Of a stretch of DNA of 64,000 nucleotides, positions 1 to 9,500 are shown piece by piece. Below the pieces are notes generated by a model. The model searched no databases. It was not told the DNA's origin and saw only the letters and a list, made by a program, of their open reading frames with translations. The position numbers and the translations under genes are program-made. The stretch's first letter is position 1; the number at the start of each line of letters is the position of its first letter. The stretch comes from Gammaproteobacteria bacterium (lineage in GTDB: Bacteria; Pseudomonadota; Gammaproteobacteria; Steroidobacterales; Foliamicaceae), in assembly GCA_011523505.1 (NCBI GenBank), contig WTGP01000053.1:581-64580 (forward strand), in the 5' to 3' direction.

Positions 1-3000
1 CGCGCACCGTCAGCGTGTCCTTCGACACGATCAGGCCGTGGCCGGCGTCGGTCACGGTCACGCCCAGGTCGACCGTCACCGCGCCGTAGTCGCCGCCCGC
101 GGCGGTGTGGGTCAGCGTCGCCGAATCGTTCGTCGCGTCGGGATCCTCGGACGCCTCCACCGTCACGGTCTGCTCGGTGGCCCAGTTCACGGTCGTGAAC
201 GTGAGCGTCGCCGTGGACGGATCGAGCGTCAGGTCCGTGCCCGACTGGCCGGCGATCGTCACGGTGACGTTGGCCGAAGGCTCGGAGCTCAGCTTGACCG
301 TGTACTCGGCGCTGCCGCCTTCGGCCACCGTGAGCGTCTCGGTCGAGAGCACGATCGCGGACGTGGCCTCCACGGTGACCGCCACGGAGGGGATGGTGGT
401 GCTGGTGGGGTAGTCGCCGCCACTGCCGTCGTGCGTGGTGACGGCCAGGCTCACGTCGGCCGTGCCGGCGGTCTTGCCGGTGACGGTGACCTGCTGCGCT
501 TCGTTCCAGTTGGCGGGGGTGAAGGTGAGCGCGCCGCTGACCTCGGCGTGCGTGCCGGAGATGGTCGGCGTGATGACGATGTTGCTCGCGGGCGCGCTCT
601 TCAGGCGCACGTCGAAGGTCGTCGTGCCGTCGTTCGGGGGCACCTTGAGCGTCCTCGGGGACACCAGCACGCCGGCGCCCGCGTCGGTGACGTTCACCTC
701 GACGCTGTCGATGTCGATCTGGTGGTAGTCGTTGCTGCTGTCGCCCGACACCGCCGCGGCGTGGGTGATCTCGACCTTCTGCTCGCCCACCGTGTCGGCG
801 TCGTCCACGGCGCGCACCGTCACGGTCTGGGCCGTGCCCCAGTTGCCGCTGCTGCCGTGGGTGAAGGTCAGGGTATCCTGCAGTCCCGCCGTGGCGCTGG
901 TGTCCACCGTCACGGCCGGATCGCCGGAGGCCACGGTGATCGTCACGTCGGCGCCGGGGTCGGTCTTGAGCTTCACCGTGTAGGTCCCCGCGGCGTTCGC
1001 GGCGTGGCCCTCGGTCAGCGCCAGCATCGACCTGGACAGCGTGACGCCGGGCCCCTCGTCGTCCTCGATGGTGAGTGTCACCGCTGCCGGGTCGACCACG
1101 CCGCGCCCGCCGGACGCCCTGGCCGAGACGGTGACCGTCTTGTCGTCGGCGTGCACGCTGTTGTCGTTGGCGGTGATGGTGACCGTGCCGCTGCTGTCCG
1201 TCTCGCCCGCGGCGATGGTCAGGGTCTTGTTGCCGCTCAGGGTGAAGTCGCCCGCCACCGCCGGGGAGACGGGCGTGGCCGACACGCTCAGGGTGGTTTT
1301 CGAGCCCGACGGGTGCGACAGGCTCGCCGTCACGGCGCTCTCGTTGTCGTCGCCGCTCTCGCCGATGGTGTCCGGCGTGAGCTTGAGGCTCAGGGTCGGC
1401 TTGTCGTCGTCGTCGCGGATGGTGCCGGCGCCGTCGAGCGTGGTCGCGTCGTCCGCGAAGCCGGCATTGACGGGCGAGGACAGGCGCAGGACGATGGACT
1501 CGTGCTTCTCGTCGGCCGCATCGCCCGTCACCGTCACGTCGACGGTTTTCCTGGTCTCGCCCGGCGCGAAGGTGAGCGTGCCGCCGGCGATGGCCGCGTA
1601 GTCCGTGCCGGAGGTGGCATCGCCGGTGCCCGCATCGGCGTAGGCCACGGTGACCGTCCTGCCGCTTTCGGGGGCGAGCTTGACGGGGAAGGTGAGCGTC
1701 TTGGGGGTCTCGTCGCCGGCGTCGCCCTCGGCCGTTCTGATGTTGCCGGCGAAGCTGAGCAGCGGCGGGTCGTCGTCGTCGGTGATTTCGCCGCTGACGT
1801 CGAGCGTGGCGCCGCCGCCGTCGAACGTGGCGTTGACGGGCGAGGACAGGCGCAGGACGACGGTCTCGTCCTCCTCGTCGATGTCGTCGCCGGTCGCGGT
1901 CACGGCGACGGTCTTCCCGGTGTCGCCGGGCGCGAAGGTGAGCGTCCCGCCGGTAATGGCGGCGTAGTCCGTGCCGGAGGTCGCCGTGCCGGCGCCCGCG
2001 CTGCCCGCATCGGCGTAGGCCACGGTCACCTCCCTGCCGCTCGCCGGGGAGAGCGCCACCGTGAAAGTGAGGGTGTTGGGGGTCTCGTCGCCGGTGTCGC
2101 CCTCGGTTGCCGAGACCCTGGCCGCGGACAGCACCGGCGGGTCGTCGTCGTCGGTGATGGTGATGGTGGCCTCGGTGGCCACGATGTCGCCCGAGACCCC
2201 GGTGAGGGTGAGGGTCTCGTCCTCCTCGTCGGTGTCGTCGTCGCTGGGGTCGAGGGTGAAGCTGGCGGTGGCGCTGCGGTTGCCCTTGGGGAGGGTGATG
2301 TCAAAAGGCGCGACCGCCGCGTAGTCGGTCCCGGACACCGCGCTGTCGCCGGCCTTGCCCACCGTCACGCGCACCGTCTTCGCCTCGCCGTAGGCGGCGG
2401 CGGGCGGGCCGGTGACGGCGGCGGTCACGGTGACGGACGGCGCGGTCTGCGCATCCTCGGCGACGCTGGTCTGCGCGCCCGTGTCCGCGCTGGTGTCCAC
2501 CTTGAGCTCGATGCCGGTGGGCGTGCCCTCGTCGTCGATCACCGTCACCGGCAGCGTCGTGGAATGGTCGTAGTTGCCGCCCCTGGCCTCGTGGCTCAAC
2601 TCCACCGTGTCGTTGATCGCGTCGTCGTCCTCCTTCGCGGCCACCGTCACGGTCTGCGGGGTGCTCCAGGTGCCGTTTTCGCCGGCGGTGAACGCCAAGG
2701 TGTGCGGGGAAACCGTGAGGTCGGTCCCTTGATGCCAGCCCTGGACCGCCAGGAGCACCGGCGCCGTCGCCGGCGCGCCCAGCCTCACCGTATAGGTCGC
2801 CTCGCCGCCCTCGGGCACCGCCAGCGTGTCCTTCGAGAGCACGATCCCGACCACTTCGTCGTCGACGATGGTGACGGTGGCGGAGCGGAGGTCGCCGAGA
2901 GCCGTGGGCGTGTTCCTGATGACCTCCGCCGTCAGCGCCACCGTGAACGTCTGCGGGCCCTCGGCCACGGCGAGGTCGTCGGTGATCGGCACCGTGAAGG

Positions 3001-6000
3001 TCTTGGCCGCCGCCTCCCCGGACGCCCAGATCAGGCTGCCCGTGGTCTCGGCGTAGTCCGAACCGGCCTTGGCCGTGCCGTCCCGCGTGGCGTACTGGAC
3101 CCTGGCCGCCGCCGAACCGGTCCTGTTGACCGTGACCGTGACGGCGCCGGCGTCCTCGTCCACGCTGTACTCGGCGTGGCTGAACTGCGCCACCGGCAGC
3201 AGGCCGGAGTCCGCCACCTGCACAAGTAACGAGTCGATCGCAATCCCGTGGTACTGACCCCTGTTGCCGGGCATCGTGGCGGCGTGGCTGACGGTGACGG
3301 AGTCGTGCGACGTGTTGCCGTCGTTTGGCGTGCCGCGCACCCACACCCTCTGGGCCGTGTTCCAGTTGCCGGAGGCGCCGGCGGTGAAGGTCAGCGTCGC
3401 CGTCGACCCGAAAGGACCGTTCTGCGCCGTCCCCACCTGCGCCGACGCGTGCCCGGAGGTCGCGGTCAGCGTGACCGTGGCGCCCGGATCCGTGTTCAGC
3501 ACCGCCGTGTACGAGCGCGCCGGGTTGCCCTCGATCACCCTCATGCCAACACTCGGGACCAGGGTCACGCCGGGCACCCTGGTCACCGTCACCGCCACCC
3601 GCCCGATCGGGGTGCTGGCGGTGTAGCCGGTCGCGCCGGGGGCGTCCACCGAGTGGCTGACGGTGGCGCTGCCGACGCCCTTGCCGGTCACCGTCACCGT
3701 CCGCGGGGTCTTCCAGGCGTCGCCGGTGGAGGCGAACGTCAGGGCGGCGGGGGCGACCGTGGCGATCGTCGGCGCCGAGCTCGACGGGCGGATCGTGACG
3801 CCGGCGTCCGGGCGGCTCTTGAGCCGCACCGTGTAGGTGTCGGTGGCGTCGTTCTCGGCCACCTTCAGCGCGTCCTCCGAGACGACGAAGCCGTGGCCGG
3901 CGTCGGTGACCTTCACCGTGACGTCGTCGATATCGGCGTGGTGGAAGGGGTTGGTCGTGTCCGTCACCGTCGCCGTGTGGCTGATCGTGACCGACTCGGA
4001 GACCGTGTTGGCGTCGTTGACGGCGCGCACCGTCACCGTCTGCCAGGTATCCCAGTTGCCGGCGGCGCCGGGGGTGAGGGTCAGGGTGTCCTGCAGCCCC
4101 GCCGCGCTGCTCGTGTCCACCGTGACGGCCGGGTCGCCGGAGGCCACCGCGATCTTCACGTTGGCGCCCGGGTCGGTATAGAGCCTGATGGCGTAGCGGT
4201 CCTCGGCGCGGGCGCCGCCGAGTTCGGTCAACGACAGCGGGCGACCGGGGACCTCCACTCCGCCCGGTTCGACGACATTCACATTGAGTTGGGATTGATG
4301 GCCGTATGGGACGCGCCCCGGCATCTCCGCCACGAGCACGAAGGACGCCCGGCCCAGCTTCTTGCCGGTGACCGTCATCGTTTGCGGGGTCTTCCAGGCG
4401 TTGCCGGTGGCGGCGAAGGACAGGCTGGAGCTGACCTCGATGAACTCGTCCGCACCCGGATAGGGAATCGGCTCGACCGTGACCGTGCTCGAAGGCCGGC
4501 TCTTCAGCCGCACCGTGAACGTGGCCGTGCCGCCATTGGTTACGTTGAGCGAGTCTTTGGAGAGGACCAGCCCCGCGCCGGCGTCATCGACGGTTACCTG
4601 GATGTCGGCGCTGAGGCCGTGGTAGGGGTTGTTCGCGGGGGTGACAGCGGCCGTGTGGGTGATGGCGACGAGCTCGCTGTCCTCGTCGGGGTCCTCGACG
4701 GTGCGCATCGTCACCTGCTGCGCGGTGGCCCAGTTGCCGGCGGTCCCGTGGGTGAAGGTCAGGGTGGCCTGGTCGCCCGGCGTCTTCGGATCGGTATCCA
4801 CCAACAAGGCGGAGGTGTCGCTGGAGCGCACGGTGATGACCACGTCGGCGCCCGGGTCGCTTTTCAGCTTTACGTCGTAGGGGTAGGTGGAAAAGCTGAC
4901 TATTTCCGGCTCATCCAATCGAAATCTGGAGATGGAGAGATCGATGCCGTGGCCGGCGTCCGTGACGCCCACGACGACGTCGTCGATCTTGATGCCGTGG
5001 TAGGCATTGCTGGTGGGGGTGACCGCCGCGGCGTGCGTGACCTTCACGTTCGACTCCGAGACCGTGTCGGCGTCGTTGACGGCGCGCACCGTCACCGTCT
5101 GCGCCGTGGCCCAGTTGCCGCCCGTCCCGTGGGTGAAGGTCAGGGTGTTCTGGTCGTCCGGCGCCGTGGCGTTGGTGTCCACCGCCACGGCGGAGGTGTC
5201 GCCGGAGCGCACGGTGATGACCACGTCGGCGCCCGGGTCGCTTCTCAGCTTCACCGTGTAGCTGGAACGGCCCCCCTCGGTCAGCGACAGCGTGGCCTTC
5301 GAGACATCGACGCCGGCGCCGGCGTCGGTGACGCTGACGTCGACATCGTCGATCTCGATCTTGTGGTAGGCGTTGCTGGTGGGAGTGACCGCCGCCGTGT
5401 GCGTGACCTTCACGTTCGCCTCCGAGACCGTGTCGCCGTCGTTGACGGCGCGCACCGTCACCGTCTGCGCCGTGGCCCAGTTGCCGCCCGTCCCGCGGGT
5501 GAAGGTCAGCTTGTCCTGCAGCCCCGCCGCGCTGCTCGTGTCCACCTCGACCGCGGTCTTGTCGCCGGATTCGACCGTGATCGTCACGTCGGCGCCCGGG
5601 TCGGTGTCGAGCTTGACCGTGTAGCTGGCCCGGGCGCCGGCGCCGCCGAGTTCGGTCAGCGACACCTTGGACGTGGAGACGGTGACGCCGGGGGGCGTCG
5701 GGGGACCGACGACGAAGACCGGGGAGAGGCCGTAGAGATGGGCTTCGTAGGCACGGACACCTCCTTGGTACAAGGGGTTTCTGTTCCTGGCGGGTACGCC
5801 GGTCACGAATCGACCATCCTTGTTATCCACCCCACCATAACCCCCCGAATCCGTACGGAGGGTTCCATCGGTATTGCTCCCCGTGGCAACCCACCCTACG
5901 CTGATGGTCCCGCCGCTTTCGTCCCTCAAGCCATAGTTGTCCCAAGTGCCGTCGTAGAAGTCCGCATAGTCGTCGGCCAGCTTGGCGCCGTTCAGCCAGA

Positions 6001-6505
6001 AGATGGGCACGCCCCTGTTGCTTGAGGTGTACGTTGTGCCGGTGTTGTCGCGCGCGTCGAATTGTCGGGTCGAGCCCACCACCCGGAAGCGATTCGCGTA
6101 AGGCTTGATCGCGGCGTGGGCGTGCTGCCTTCCAATTTCGCCCGAGATCCAGCTATTCGGGTCAAAGGCCAAATCTCCGCGGTCAGGATTGAGCGGCCGC
6201 GCTTTCCTGGACGAGATGAACAGCAGTCGAAACTTGTCGCCTTCGTTGAGGCCCGCGGGCGTCAGCGCCCAGTCCGAGGGCACGTTGTAGGAACCGTCGG
6301 GGTTGGCGGTCTGCGCCGCGGCGCCGGCGGCGAGGCCCAGCGCCAGCCATCCCGCAAGCAACAGGCGCGGCGCGCCGGCGCGGCGCGGGCGGACGAAGGT
6401 CAGGAAATCAGGCCGCCCTGCGGCGTTGCCCGCGCGGGACCGGCCGTCGCCCGTTGCATGAGCGGCGGCCCGTGCGTGCGGCGATTCGGCAACCCCGATA
6501 GCCAC
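1..6505 (-). CDS. Giant secreted Calx-beta/Ig-like tandem-repeat surface protein, N-terminal part only (>2,100 codons; gene continues beyond window position 1)
   Basis: Absent from the ORF track because it has no stop in the window. Hand translation of the minus strand gives ...VTVTDAGHGLIVSKDTLTVR at 2-58. It gives a Calx-beta-like AQFSHAEYSVDEDAGAVTVTVNR at about 3.13-3.20 kb and a signal peptide RPRRAGAPRLLLAGWLALGLAAGAAAQ at about 6.31-6.39 kb. The + ORFs 38..3229 and 3248..6025 are its codon-aligned antisense shadows. No ATG is present; start candidates are GTG 6505 or CTG 6403. Confidence 0.8.
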   Translation of the reverse strand, partial: MAIGVAESPHARAAAHATGDGRSRAGNAAGRPDFLTFVRPRRAGAPRLLLAGWLALGLAAGAAAQTANPDGSYNVPSDWALTPAGLNEGDKFRLLFISSRKARPLNPDRGDLAFDPNSWISGEIGRQHAHAAIKPYANRFRVVGSTRQFDARDNTGTTYTSSNRGVPIFWLNGAKLADDYADFYDGTWDNYGLRDESGGTISVGWVATGSNTDGTLRTDSGGYGGVDNKDGRFVTGVPARNRNPLYQGGVRAYEAHLYGLSPVFVVGPPTPPGVTVSTSKVSLTELGGAGARASYTVKLDTDPGADVTITVESGDKTAVEVDTSSAAGLQDKLTFTRGTGGNWATAQTVTVRAVNDGDTVSEANVKVTHTAAVTPTSNAYHKIEIDDVDVSVTDAGAGVDVSKATLSLTEGGRSSYTVKLRSDPGADVVITVRSGDTSAVAVDTNATAPDDQNTLTFTHGTGGNWATAQTVTVRAVNDADTVSESNVKVTHAAAVTPTSNAYHGIKIDDVVVGVTDAGHGIDLSISRFRLDEPEIVSFSTYPYDVKLKSDPGADVVITVRSSDTSALLVDTDPKTPGDQATLTFTHGTAGNWATAQQVTMRTVEDPDEDSELVAITHTAAVTPANNPYHGLSADIQVTVDDAGAGLVLSKDSLNVTNGGTATFTVRLKSRPSSTVTVEPIPYPGADEFIEVSSSLSFAATGNAWKTPQTMTVTGKKLGRASFVLVAEMPGRVPYGHQSQLNVNVVEPGGVEVPGRPLSLTELGGARAEDRYAIRLYTDPGANVKIAVASGDPAVTVDTSSAAGLQDTLTLTPGAAGNWDTWQTVTVRAVNDANTVSESVTISHTATVTDTTNPFHHADIDDVTVKVTDAGHGFVVSEDALKVAENDATDTYTVRLKSRPDAGVTIRPSSSAPTIATVAPAALTFASTGDAWKTPRTVTVTGKGVGSATVSHSVDAPGATGYTASTPIGRVAVTVTRVPGVTLVPSVGMRVIEGNPARSYTAVLNTDPGATVTLTATSGHASAQVGTAQNGPFGSTATLTFTAGASGNWNTAQRVWVRGTPNDGNTSHDSVTVSHAATMPGNRGQYHGIAIDSLLVQVADSGLLPVAQFSHAEYSVDEDAGAVTVTVNRTGSAAARVQYATRDGTAKAGSDYAETTGSLIWASGEAAAKTFTVPITDDLAVAEGPQTFTVALTAEVIRNTPTALGDLRSATVTIVDDEVVGIVLSKDTLAVPEGGEATYTVRLGAPATAPVLLAVQGWHQGTDLTVSPHTLAFTAGENGTWSTPQTVTVAAKEDDDAINDTVELSHEARGGNYDHSTTLPVTVIDDEGTPTGIELKVDTSADTGAQTSVAEDAQTAPSVTVTAAVTGPPAAAYGEAKTVRVTVGKAGDSAVSGTDYAAVAPFDITLPKGNRSATASFTLDPSDDDTDEEDETLTLTGVSGDIVATEATITITDDDDPPVLSAARVSATEGDTGDETPNTLTFTVALSPASGREVTVAYADAGSAGAGTATSGTDYAAITGGTLTFAPGDTGKTVAVTATGDDIDEEDETVVLRLSSPVNATFDGGGATLDVSGEITDDDDPPLLSFAGNIRTAEGDAGDETPKTLTFPVKLAPESGRTVTVAYADAGTGDATSGTDYAAIAGGTLTFAPGETRKTVDVTVTGDAADEKHESIVLRLSSPVNAGFADDATTLDGAGTIRDDDDKPTLSLKLTPDTIGESGDDNESAVTASLSHPSGSKTTLSVSATPVSPAVAGDFTLSGNKTLTIAAGETDSSGTVTITANDNSVHADDKTVTVSARASGGRGVVDPAAVTLTIEDDEGPGVTLSRSMLALTEGHAANAAGTYTVKLKTDPGADVTITVASGDPAVTVDTSATAGLQDTLTFTHGSSGNWGTAQTVTVRAVDDADTVGEQKVEITHAAAVSGDSSNDYHQIDIDSVEVNVTDAGAGVLVSPRTLKVPPNDGTTTFDVRLKSAPASNIVITPTISGTHAEVSGALTFTPANWNEAQQVTVTGKTAGTADVSLAVTTHDGSGGDYPTSTTIPSVAVTVEATSAIVLSTETLTVAEGGSAEYTVKLSSEPSANVTVTIAGQSGTDLTLDPSTATLTFTTVNWATEQTVTVEASEDPDATNDSATLTHTAAGGDYGAVTVDLGVTVTDAGHGLIVSKDTLTVR
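4590..5690 (-). repeat. Three tandem ~366-378 bp intragenic coding repeats (module ...DPGADV.ITV.SGD...LTFT.GT.GNWATAQTVTVRAVND.DTVSE..V.VTH.AAVT...YH.I.IDDV.V.VTDAG.G)
   Basis: Antisense shadow ORFs 4629, 5007 and 5373 have near-identical sequences, so the period is 378/366 nt. More diverged copies of the same module occur at about 0.7-1.0 kb and 3.9-4.2 kb. Confidence 0.7.
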
Positions 6506-6512
6506 GCCCGAT

Positions 6513-9500
6513 TCACCACCGGGTCCGGATCTCGATCCCGAGGCCGTGCTCGGGCGGGTTCAGCGGGCTCTCGCGGCGGCTGAGCTTCAGCCCGAACGTC
6601 AGGTCCGGGGCGTCCGGGCCGTCCGGTTCGAGCTGCCAGCCGAGGCTCATGTCGCGGCCGAAGTCCGAGGCGCCGTAGCCGAGCGTGGGGCTGCCGATGA
6701 ACCGCTCCCGGAACGCGGGCATCCCGTAGGCGGCCTCGAGCGTCCAGCGCTTCGTCATGTCCTGGCCCATGCGGTTGCCGAGCGGGTCGGAGGCGAACAG
6801 CGCGTCGAGCCCGCCGGTGGCCTGCCCGCCGATGCTCTGGCGCAGGTTCAGCGACAGCCCGCGCCGGGAGTCCGGCGCCGGATCGTAAGCGAGCGAGGCG
6901 GAGAAGCCCGTGTCCCTGCGCCCGTCGGCCTCGTGGGCGAGCAGCGTGCGGGCCTGGATGTCGAGCGAGAGGCCGAGGCGCGGGGCGGCGACGGCCAGCC
7001 CGCCGCCGACCTCCACCCCGAAACCGGTCTCGGCGTCGCCGCCGTCGTGGCGCAGGCCGGCCTCGATCTTCGGGGTGAGGCTGCCGCCGCCGGGGAGCCC
7101 GAACCGCCAGCCGCCCTCCAGCCCCAGCCGCAGCCGGGTCACGTCGGCCGCGCCGGCCATCATGCCCTCGGTTTTTTCGGATGTCGTGCGCGACCACAGC
7201 GCGTCGGAGACCGCCGCCAGCGCCGGGCCGCGGCCTTCGCCGCCGAACAGCGAACCGCGCAGCCCCAGCGCCGCCATCGACCAGCCGAGGCCGGCGCGCA
7301 GTGTCTCGTGCGCCGCTTCCGGCCCGTTCCGGCCGGGTTCGGGGAATGGCCGGTTAGAAAGCGGGTAGGCCATTCGATCGGCGCGGCTCGCGCCGGGCCG
7401 CAGCGTCATGCGTCCGGCGCCGTACCCGGCCGCGCCCCAGAGGCTCAAGCGCTCCGAGGCGTCCCAGGCCGCGTAGGGCACGGCCGCGGTCAGGGTGGAC
7501 TCGGCCGTGCCGGAACCGTTTGCGGGACTGGACCAGCCACCCTCGCCCAGGCTCCGGGTGAGCGCCACGCCCACCAGCCAGGCGCCGCGCGCGTAGTCCA
7601 CGCCGAGCATGGCGCTGGCGACCTCGCCGTCGAGGTTGAGCGGCCCCTTGCGGCCGTGGAACGTGCTCTGCGCGCCCCGGCCCCAGAAGCCCAGCGTGCC
7701 GCCCCCGCCGTCCTCGCGGCCGGTGTACGTGAAGCTGCTGCCCATCAACAGGTACTGCAGCGTGCTCGTTTGCATGCCGGGATACTGGCCCTGGGGCGGG
7801 CCGCCCCAACCTCCGCCCGCGCCCATGGCCATTTGGCCGGCGCCGCCATCGAAGCCGCCGCCGACGCCGGGGGCGCCGCCCGATCCGAAGCTGGTGGAAC
7901 CGTCCGGCCCGATGCCGCCGCCGACGCCCGCGCCGAAAGGCCCGGCGGACGCGCCGCCGAACCCTTGCGAACCCTGCGCCTGCGGCCAGCCGATGCCCGG
8001 TTCCCGAAGCGCGTCGCGGCCCGCGAACGCGCCTTCGTCGGTGCCCGGCCCGAAGGCATCGCCATCGCAGGCTGCTCCGGCGGCCACGGGGCCGCCGAGC
8101 GTGCCGCGCGCGCCCTCAGCGCCGGAACCCCGCGGGGATGCGGCCTGGCCGGCCGGCGGGGATTCCGGTTCGTCCCGGCCCGCCGGGCTCGCCGCCGCCG
8201 TATCGGCGGGCGCCGCGCAGCGGGCGCCGGTTCCGGCGAACCCGTTGCCGCCGATGGGCCGCCCGGCGATCGTGCCGCGGAACCCGGGGGTTCTCGCGCC
8301 GCCGCGCGCCGCGGCGATGCGCGCCGCAACGCCCTCCAGCGCCTGTTCCGCCACCGCCCGCCCGAAGCGGCCGAGCCAGGCCTCGGGCAGCGGGCCGTCG
8401 TTCTCGATGGCGCCCTTGGCGGTGGCGCGGACGATGGTGACCGCCGCCGGGTTCGGTCTGCGGATATCGACCTCGAAGGTCTCTTCGCCCTCGTCGACGT
8501 CGTCCTCCACCGCCCAGACGCGGTACACCTTGCGCGTGTCGCCCTCCTCGAACGAGACCTCGCTGCCATAGCATTCGAAGTCGTATCCGATCTTGGCGCT
8601 GCCGGGAATGCAGACGGTTTGCACGGTGATCGGGCCGGGCGCGGGCTCGTTCAGCGTAATCGCGAACTCGAGGTCCTGGCCCTCCTTCGCGCTCGCATCC
8701 TCGATCGACACCTCGATGCCGTCGTAGTCGGTGACTTCGTCGTCTTCCACGGCGACGCTGGCGCTGTCGTTGGGCGATGCGGCCACCACATAGCCCGTGC
8801 CGCTCTTGACGGTGGCGCTCAGCGAGCCGTCCGGCTCGTCGACGTTGTCGTTGACGGTGGCGACCGTGTGATCCTCGGAACCGCTCGTCGGCACCGTCAC
8901 GGTCTTCACGCCGAGCGCGCTCGCGGCCACGTAGTTGCCGGTCTGTGCGATCTCGATCTTCACGTCCAGCGCCGCGGCGGGCGCCGGGTTGACCGTGACC
9001 GTGAAGGTCACGTCCTGGCCTTCGGTCACCTTGGCGGCGGCGCGGCTCACGGACACCGTGGGCGGCGGCAGGTCGTTGTCCTCGACATCGACCGTGACCG
9101 TTGTCGTCGCCGCGGGCCGGTAGCCCGTGCCGGTCAGTATCCGTGCCGAGATCGAACCGTTGGGTTCGTCGATGCCGTCGTCCTCGGTCGTTATCGCAAT
9201 GTTCGCGACGCCGTTCGAGTTCGTGGTGAAGGTCCGGGTGGCGATCTGGCTGCTCGGGCTCGCGAAGTTTCCGCTCTGGGTGATCCGCACCCGCACCGCC
9301 AGGCCGGCCGTGGCCGGCGTGCTCGTCAGCGTGAAGGTCACGTCCTGGCCCTCGGTCACGTCGGCGCCCTTTGTGATGGACACGGTGGGCGGCGGCAGGT
9401 CGTCGTCCAGCACGTCGGCCGTGCCCGAGTTGGCCGTGCCGTGCACGGTGTAGCCGCCGCCGGCCGCCAGGTCCGCGGTGATCGTGCCGTTGTCCTCGTC

